From contig CAZMIU010000001.1 of NCBI GenBank assembly GCA_964566795.1, positions 479,090 to 543,089 on the forward strand: a DNA stretch of 64,000 bases. Direction: 5' to 3'. This document shows, piece after piece, positions 58,329-64,000 of the stretch. How positions within the stretch are numbered: position 1 is the first letter of the stretch; each line of letters starts with the position of its first letter. The notes under the pieces are model-generated. The model was not told where the DNA came from, made no database searches, and saw only the letters and a program-made list of their open reading frames with translations. The stretch is from an uncultured Candidatus Saccharibacteria bacterium (GTDB lineage: Bacteria > Patescibacteriota > Minisyncoccia > Phycocordibacterales > SBAW01). The position numbers were made by a program, and so were the translations under genes.

Positions 58329-58694
58329 CTAGAGTGGTAGGTCCTGCGCGAATGCGCCTGCGCCCGAGAGTATAAGAGAGAGCGAGATGATTGCGAGCAG
58401 GATGTACTCACCGCGGCACATGGGCACAGCGCGCGGGCACTTTTTGGCATATACGGCAAACCCGATGCACAACACAAGCGCCACAAGTGCGGCAACCTGT
58501 GTGAAGGTACCCAGAAAGAGCGATACGGTAACTGCCACTTCACCCACGATTGCCGGCCAAAGCCAGACGCTTTTTACCTCTCTGCGGCGCGCAAAGTGCG
58601 CCCACGCAGTAAAACCAAAGCCGAGCGCTACCGCTAGGCGAAGCAGGGTCGGTGCCAAAAAGGGGATAAGAAGTCCCGGGAATACGTTGAGCAT
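58329..58694 (-). CDS. DoxX-like membrane protein
   Basis: LLRLAVAL, LGTFTQVAA, GAGAFAQD. Confidence 0.65.
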   Translation of the reverse strand: MLNVFPGLLIPFLAPTLLRLAVALGFGFTAWAHFARRREVKSVWLWPAIVGEVAVTVSLFLGTFTQVAALVALVLCIGFAVYAKKCPRAVPMCRGEYILLAIISLSLILSGAGAFAQDLPL

Positions 58695-58695
58695 A

Positions 58696-58908
58696 CTACT
58701 GGGGGATGTTTGGGTTAGGCTGGCCTATCTGGGGGCCATACGAGTTGCCGGGGCCAACGGGTGCCGGCGGTGCCAAAAAGAGTCCGCGCAGGTCCGCGCG
58801 CTGTGGCCCGCCATTGGCAAACCACAGGATTATTAAGATTGCGATAAAGCCCAAGACCGAGAGTGCAGCTTGTGCTGCTGACTGACCCTCCTTTTTTTCT
58901 TCTGCCAT
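58696..58908 (-). CDS. Small membrane protein
   Basis: Single TM then GGPQR..GLFL.PPAP; tightly packed in the operon. Confidence 0.7.
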   Translation of the reverse strand: MAEEKKEGQSAAQAALSVLGFIAILIILWFANGGPQRADLRGLFLAPPAPVGPGNSYGPQIGQPNPNIPQ

Positions 58909-58911
58909 AGG

Positions 58912-60165
58912 CTAATTGTACCCGAGCTTTATAAGCTCCTCTTGTGCCACCTGCGCATCGCTCCAGGGCTCTTTGGTGCCGTTCGGCCCCATGATGTAGG
59001 GGTCGGTACCCTTGCCGGTAATAAGCACGGCGTCATCTGCGTCTTTGGCCTCCTTAAGCGCCTCGGCAATTGCGGCGCGACGGTCGAGTATCACGCGAGG
59101 GTGGCGGTTTTTAAAGCCAAGTGTGAGCTCCTCGATGATCTTTTTGGGGTCCTCGTCGTATGGGTCCTCGTCTGTGAGTATAGCGATGTCGCACATCGAG
59201 TCGGCCATGGTACCCATTTCGGGGCGCTTCCAGGTATCGCGGCCTCCGCCGGTAGAGCCCAGTACACACACCAAGCGCTTGCCGGCCGAGGCGTACGTCT
59301 CGTACAAGGCCTTGAGCGAGTCGGGCGTGTGTGCGTAGTCGACAACAACCGCAAACGGCTGACCTTGCTCTATGCGCTGCGCGCGGCCCGCCACCGGCTC
59401 CACGCGCTCGAGAGCCTGCTTCATCTTCTCGATTCCAAGCCCAAGTGCACGGCCCAAGGTCAACGCGGCCAGGCAGTTCTTGAGGTTAAACAACCCAGGC
59501 ATGGGGACAGTAAACAGCGTGCCCTGCCAGACAAACCGCACGCTCTTGTCGTCGGCGGTGTAGGGCTCGGCATCAGCAAGAGAGAACGGTGCCTTGATGT
59601 CTGCCTCGACTGCCAAAAACTCTTTGCCGTGGGCATCGTCGGCGTTGGCGACGATAATGCGCGGGCGCTTGGTGGAGCGCGAGAGATGCGAGGCCAAAGA
59701 GAGCTTGGCTGCAACGTAGGCCTTGTAAGAGCCATGGCGCTCGATATGCTCCGGGGCCAGGTTGGTAAACACCAGAGCATTAAGCTCGATGCCGTGCTCT
59801 CGGTATTGCAGGGTGCCCTCGCTTGTCATCTCCATGACAACATGCGTGCAGCCGGCCTTAAGCGCATCGCTCATAAACTTTTGCAGCACACCGCGGCCCG
59901 GCATGGTCATTTTGTAGAGGTTGCGCTCCACGGCCTCGCCGATCATAAACCGTATGGTAGAGGCGAGTGCCACCTTGTGCCCCGTGCCCGCGAGCATGGT
60001 GCGGATGAGCTCTGCGGTGGTCGATTTGCCCTTGGTGCCTGTTACTCCTATAACAACAAGTTTTTTGGACGGATGGCCATAGTAGATGGCCGAGCCGTGG
60101 GCCCACGCGAGGTGATAGGCCTTAAGCAAAAAGCGGGGAGTGAGCGAGTGTAGTAAATCTTTCAT
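58912..60165 (-). CDS. murE: UDP-MurNAc-tripeptide synthetase
   Basis: GVTGTKGKST, EMTSE, FTNL..EH, VDYAHTPD, GGRD..KR, GKG. Confidence 0.9.
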   Translation of the reverse strand: MKDLLHSLTPRFLLKAYHLAWAHGSAIYYGHPSKKLVVIGVTGTKGKSTTAELIRTMLAGTGHKVALASTIRFMIGEAVERNLYKMTMPGRGVLQKFMSDALKAGCTHVVMEMTSEGTLQYREHGIELNALVFTNLAPEHIERHGSYKAYVAAKLSLASHLSRSTKRPRIIVANADDAHGKEFLAVEADIKAPFSLADAEPYTADDKSVRFVWQGTLFTVPMPGLFNLKNCLAALTLGRALGLGIEKMKQALERVEPVAGRAQRIEQGQPFAVVVDYAHTPDSLKALYETYASAGKRLVCVLGSTGGGRDTWKRPEMGTMADSMCDIAILTDEDPYDEDPKKIIEELTLGFKNRHPRVILDRRAAIAEALKEAKDADDAVLITGKGTDPYIMGPNGTKEPWSDAQVAQEELIKLGYN

Positions 60166-60169
60166 ACAG

Positions 60170-60751
60170 TTAGCGGGAGCCCAGGCGCTTGAGTGCTGCG
60201 CCCAAACGCTCCTTTATATTGCCGGCGCCCTCTGCTCCTATGGCGCGCAGGGTCTGGCGGCTCTCGTCGGCCTTGTAGCCCAGCGCCATAAGGGCCTCGA
60301 TAATCTCGCCATCGCCGCCCATGTCTGCTGCGTCTATAGGCTGTGCCTGCTGCTCGAGCGAGAGCTTGTCGCGAAGCTCGACCACGATGCGCTCGGCACT
60401 CTTTTTGCCTATGCCAAACACTTTGGTAAGCGCGCCGGCGTCTCCCGAGGCTATGGAGCGCTTGAGGCTTGCTATGTCGGAGACGTTGATGACGCCCAGG
60501 GCGGTCTTGGGGCCCACGCCCGAGACAGAGGTGAGCTGCCTGAAGAAGGCGAGCTCGTCGCGCGTGGCAAAGCCGTAGAGGTCGAAGACATCCTCGCGCA
60601 CAACTGTGTGTATATAGAGAGATATGGGTGTGCCCGCGGTGGTGGCCAGGGTATAAAAGGGGACCCTGACCGCGTAGCCCACGCCGCCCACCTCGACAAG
60701 GCCTAGCCCCTCATCCGTGCCGCCCCAGGTACCCGTGAGCTTGCCTATCAT
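60170..60751 (-). CDS. ruvA: Holliday junction branch migration protein
   Basis: VGGVGY, VRED..LYGF, VSGVGPK, GIGKKSAERIVVEL. Confidence 0.96.
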   Translation of the reverse strand: MIGKLTGTWGGTDEGLGLVEVGGVGYAVRVPFYTLATTAGTPISLYIHTVVREDVFDLYGFATRDELAFFRQLTSVSGVGPKTALGVINVSDIASLKRSIASGDAGALTKVFGIGKKSAERIVVELRDKLSLEQQAQPIDAADMGGDGEIIEALMALGYKADESRQTLRAIGAEGAGNIKERLGAALKRLGSR

Positions 60752-60775
60752 GTCTATATAGAGTACACTCCGCGC

Positions 60776-61018
60776 ATGGCAATTACCAAATCGGCCAAAA
60801 AGGCGCACCGCCAGTCGTTGCGCAAGAAAGCGCAAAACAACAAGCGCAAGGACGCTTTGCGTGGCGCAATGAAGACGGCTCGTCAGGGCAAGGGTGACAC
60901 CAAGACTTTGGCGCAGGCTTACAAGGCTATCGACAAAGCTCTCAAGGCCGGTCTTATCAAGAAAAACACTGCAGCCCGCCGCAAGGCACTGGCGAGCAGA
61001 CTCCTTAAGAAGGCCTAA
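60776..61018 (+). CDS. rpsT: 30S ribosomal protein S20
   Basis: MAITKSAKKAHRQ, IDKA.K.GLIKKNTAAR. Confidence 0.96.
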   Translation: MAITKSAKKAHRQSLRKKAQNNKRKDALRGAMKTARQGKGDTKTLAQAYKAIDKALKAGLIKKNTAARRKALASRLLKKA

Positions 61019-61065
61019 CTAAAAACTCCCCATCCCGGGGAGTTTTTGATATATAGTCCCTATAC

Positions 61066-61137
61066 GCCTTCGTCGTTCAATGGATAGGATGCCTCCCTCC
61101 GAAGGAGGCGATGCAGGTTCGATTCCTGCCGAAGGCA
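61066..61137 (+). tRNA. tRNA-Arg(CCG)
   Basis: GCCTTCG/CGAAGGC, CCTCC-CT CCG AA-GGAGG. Confidence 0.95.
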
Positions 61138-61180
61138 CAGCGTTTACGAAAATGTATTTTTGGGTTACTCTTGCCCTGAC

Positions 61181-61252
61181 GCTCCCGTCGTTCAATGGAT
61201 AGGACGTAACCTTGCGGAGGTTATGATGTAGGTTCGATTCCTACCGGGAGCA
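61181..61252 (+). tRNA. tRNA-Arg(GCG)
   Basis: GCTCCCG/CGGGAGC, TAACC-TT GCG GA-GGTTA. Confidence 0.93.
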
Positions 61253-61391
61253 CAGATTACACAAAGAACCGCCTTGAGGCGGTTTTTGTGATTCTGTGCT
61301 GGCCGGAGCGATGTTTTGCACCGGCAAAACCGCGAGGCAGGGTCGTGCGGCAAAATCGCGACGGCGATTTTGAACGCCTGACCACAAGGAT

Positions 61392-61874
61392 TTAAAGGCC
61401 AAACAGCTCAGCCAGATGCTCGCCCAGGTGGGCGTGCTGCTCCTCTTCCTGAGCATAGCGGCGCAAAAAGGCGCGCACATTTTGGGCGCGGGTCGTATTG
61501 CCCAAGTGGACTATAAGTTGGGGGGCCAGGAGTCCGTTGGTTGTCACAAGGAGCCGGGCCTCGCGCCCCTGCGTCTGTGGCTCTACCCAAAAGGTGTGTA
61601 TGGTCTCATAGCGGTACAGCGTACCGTCCATAGAGATACCGCGGCTGTCTATCTTAACCCAGTGCTCGCGCGGGCCGCGCACTGCAAGTGTCGCTATAGA
61701 CCCGAGCCCGATGAGGATAATGAGGGCAAAGAGCACGTTCCCAAAAAACAGAGAGATGCCCGCCGCGGCAACGGCGCCGAGCCCCAGGCCCCAGTACCAG
61801 TCGGTACTGCGATCGCGGTGCTCGTGCGTTATTACCTGCCAGGATATGGTTTGTGCCTCGTGCTGCTCTGTCAT
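61392..61874 (-). CDS. Two-TM hypothetical protein
   Basis: HEHRDRSTDWYW, two TMs, PH-like GISMDG segment. Confidence 0.8.
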   Translation of the reverse strand: MTEQHEAQTISWQVITHEHRDRSTDWYWGLGLGAVAAAGISLFFGNVLFALIILIGLGSIATLAVRGPREHWVKIDSRGISMDGTLYRYETIHTFWVEPQTQGREARLLVTTNGLLAPQLIVHLGNTTRAQNVRAFLRRYAQEEEQHAHLGEHLAELFGL

Positions 61875-61909
61875 TGGTATAAGTATACCCTAGGCGGTAC
61901 TATGGGCGC

Positions 61910-62599
61910 ATGAGCATTACACTTGTCTTTGCCTGGCTGTGCGCCATTGGCGTGTCCGTGCTGGGGGCCACCTATTGGGCCAAGCGCAGCGGCCGTCCGG
62001 ACGCGCTTGTGGCGCTCTTTATTACGCTTGTGATTGTGTCGAACCTTATGGCGGCAAAGATAGTTGCCTATGACTTTTACTTCTTTGCACTCTTTGCGCC
62101 GGCCGCGACCATCTTTTTCTCTATCACGTTTTTGCTCTCTGACATTATCAACGAGCGCTTTGGCCGCGCCGAGGCGCAGCGGGCCATCATATACGCCGCG
62201 CTCGCGCAGGTTGCGTTTGTGGCGTTTACCTACATAGCCCTTGTCATGCAGCCTGCACCCTTCTTTGGCGGGCAGGCAGCGTTTGAGTTTGTACTGAGCG
62301 CCGTGCCGCGCATTGCGCTCGCGGGTCTTGTTACATTCTTTGTCAGCGAGACTCTGGATGCATACTTGTACTCCTGGTTTAGGAAGCTCACCGAGGGCAG
62401 GCACCTGTGGCTGCGCTACGCGTTTTCCTCAATTCCCGCCATGTTTATAGACAGCACGCTGTTTGTGGTGCTGGCGTTTGCGGGCGTGCAGCCGCTCTTG
62501 CCGCTTATCGTGGGACTTACGGTCATTAAATATCTGGTCGGGCTCGTGAATGCCCCCATGATGTACGCTGCCCGCGCTGTTTTGAACGAAGGTAAGTAG
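61910..62599 (+). CDS. Queuosine precursor transporter (YhhQ/Vut_1)
   Basis: SNLMAAKI, FLLSDIINERFG, PRIALAG, HLWLR...IDS. Confidence 0.9.
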   Translation: MSITLVFAWLCAIGVSVLGATYWAKRSGRPDALVALFITLVIVSNLMAAKIVAYDFYFFALFAPAATIFFSITFLLSDIINERFGRAEAQRAIIYAALAQVAFVAFTYIALVMQPAPFFGGQAAFEFVLSAVPRIALAGLVTFFVSETLDAYLYSWFRKLTEGRHLWLRYAFSSIPAMFIDSTLFVVLAFAGVQPLLPLIVGLTVIKYLVGLVNAPMMYAARAVLNEGK

Positions 62600-62633
62600 T
62601 TGAGAGGGTCGTATACGTTGGTATACTGGATGA

Positions 62634-63107
62634 GTGGAGGAGTATACTCGGAAACCCAACACTGAGTGTCTTGTGTGCCAAAAAGCCGTATATCGTCGCC
62701 CTGTTCTTTTGAGGCAAAATGAAGGCAGGGCATTTTGCAGCAAAGTCTGTTACGGAATTTCAACTAGGAGAGAAAAGCCCTGTGTAATTTGTGAGAAACC
62801 TATCCCGTCGTCAGCACATAAAAAGACTTGTAGTAGAGTGTGCGCTAATAAAAATAGAGCAGGAATAAGCTACAAAATTGGTCGGCCTCTCGATAAGGCT
62901 GCAGATATTCGTGCCATCAAGATACATCTCTTGAAAGAGAGAGGCCTTAGATGCCAACGTTGTGGTTACAACAAAAAAGAAATCTTGCACGTACATCATA
63001 AAGACAGAGACAGAAAGAATAATAATTTTAACAACCTTGAACTTATTTGCCCAAACTGCCATTATGAGGAACACTATCTGGAGAAGAGTTGGTTAAAGAA
63101 AGTGTAA
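62634..63107 (+). CDS. HNH endonuclease with N-terminal CxxC/FCS zinc fingers
   Basis: CQRCG...LHVHHKDRDRKNNNFNNLELICPNCH; AT-rich. Confidence 0.88.
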   Translation: MEEYTRKPNTECLVCQKAVYRRPVLLRQNEGRAFCSKVCYGISTRREKPCVICEKPIPSSAHKKTCSRVCANKNRAGISYKIGRPLDKAADIRAIKIHLLKERGLRCQRCGYNKKEILHVHHKDRDRKNNNFNNLELICPNCHYEEHYLEKSWLKKV

Positions 63108-63110
63108 TAG

Positions 63111-63195
63111 GGAGGGGTGCGTGAGCGGTTGAAACGAGCGGTCTTGAAAACCGCCAGAGCTAACACTCTCGTGGGTTCGAATCCCACCCCCTCCG
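63111..63195 (+). tRNA. tRNA-Ser(TGA)
   Basis: GGAGGGG/CCCCTCC, GCGGT-CT TGA AA-ACCGC, long variable arm. Confidence 0.95.
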
Positions 63196-63218
63196 CAGAT
63201 GGAAGTTGAATATCAAAT

Positions 63219-63677
63219 ATGAAACACCTCGGTATAGACTACGGCACCAAGCGCATCGGCTTGGCGCTCTCAGACGACACAGGCTCGCTCGCGTTCCCGC
63301 ATGCGGTTATACCAGCGGGGCAGGGGGCGCTCAGCGCCATAGACGAGATTGTTAAAAAGGAGGGCGTGGGCCGCATTGTTGTAGGCGAGTCGCGCGACTT
63401 AAGCGGCAAGGCCAATCCTGTTATGGAGGACATAGCGCAGTTTAAAAAAGATCTGGAGGACTTAAGCGGGCTGCCCGTGGAGTACGAGCGGGAGTTCTTC
63501 ACCTCAGCGCTCGCGGCGCGGCAGTTTAAAGACCATACGCAACCCCGACGCCGCGCAAATATGCGCGGGTCGGGATCCCGACCAGAGCGTCGGGGGAAAA
63601 ACCCCTCGCATGATACGCTTGATGCATCGGCTGCGGCACTTATATTGCAGGGCTACTTAGATAAACACAAACACTAA
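63219..63677 (+). CDS. yqgF: YqgF/RuvX nuclease
   Basis: LGIDYGTKRIGLALSD, EFFTS, DASAAALILQGYL. Confidence 0.93.
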   Translation: MKHLGIDYGTKRIGLALSDDTGSLAFPHAVIPAGQGALSAIDEIVKKEGVGRIVVGESRDLSGKANPVMEDIAQFKKDLEDLSGLPVEYEREFFTSALAARQFKDHTQPRRRANMRGSGSRPERRGKNPSHDTLDASAAALILQGYLDKHKH

Positions 63678-63678
63678 T

Positions 63679-64000
63679 ATGGCAGAAATAAGCATTGATG
63701 ATTTTAAAAAGGTCGAGATAACCGTGGGCGAGATATTGAGCGCTGAGCGCATTGAGGGTAGCGACAAACTCCTTAAGCTCAAGGTCAACTTTGGCGAGGA
63801 GAATCCGCGGCAGGTGCTCTCGGGCATCGGTCCGTACTTTGAGGACGTGCAAGTCCTGGTAGGCAAGCGCTATCCGTTTGTCACCAACCTGGCCCCCAGA
63901 ATGATGATGGGCCTTGAGAGCCAGGCCATGATACTTGCAACCGGCGGCACACCCGAGGAGCCGTTTAACCTCTTTGAGACTAAAGCCGCAGCGGGAGCCA
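63679..64000 (+). CDS. tRNA-binding OB-fold protein (MetRS C-terminal/CsaA-like), 3'-truncated by the window edge
   Basis: ISIDDFKKVEITVGEI, SDKLLKL, RQVLSGI, NLAPR..MGLESQAMIL. Confidence 0.88.
   Translation, partial: MAEISIDDFKKVEITVGEILSAERIEGSDKLLKLKVNFGEENPRQVLSGIGPYFEDVQVLVGKRYPFVTNLAPRMMMGLESQAMILATGGTPEEPFNLFETKAAAGA

Noticed and set aside
1-64000. Alternative genetic code (TGA=Gly, code 25)
   Set aside because: TGA ends genes at expected positions (alkA, pcrA) and conserved genes are intact under code 11.

Overview
The window is a gene-dense bacterial chromosome segment spanning the replication origin (jag-yidC-rnpA-rpmH <- oriC/dnaA-dnaN). Gene content and truncated proteins point to a Patescibacteria (CPR, Parcubacteria-like) genome using code 11; this taxonomy is inferred, not searched. 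It holds housekeeping genes (tig, clpP, rny, HU, cca, xth, xer, rpsO, pnp, comM, uvrD, rsmA, PBP1A, tyrS, ruvABC, pilB, tsaE, polA, murE, rpsT), 8 tRNAs, a probable 6S RNA and a ~13 kb PrgI/VirB4/VirB6/pilin type IV secretion-like locus with no relaxase in the window. The most unusual signals are: (1) a low-GC four-helix-bundle gene enclosed by ~70-nt inverted repeats whose stem closes right at the rpmH start codon; (2) a three-ORF array separated by a repeated, covarying double hairpin, divergent from a TrmB regulator; (3) the same palindromic element inserted in frame in tig and rsmA, plus other in-frame hairpins; (4) pervasive leaderless promoter architecture and tRNA-mRNA fusions; (5) two unannotated structured ncRNA candidates; (6) parS-like sites inside CDSs; (7) a GCG/TCG/CCG tRNA-Arg set. 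All calls were made by eye, without database searches.
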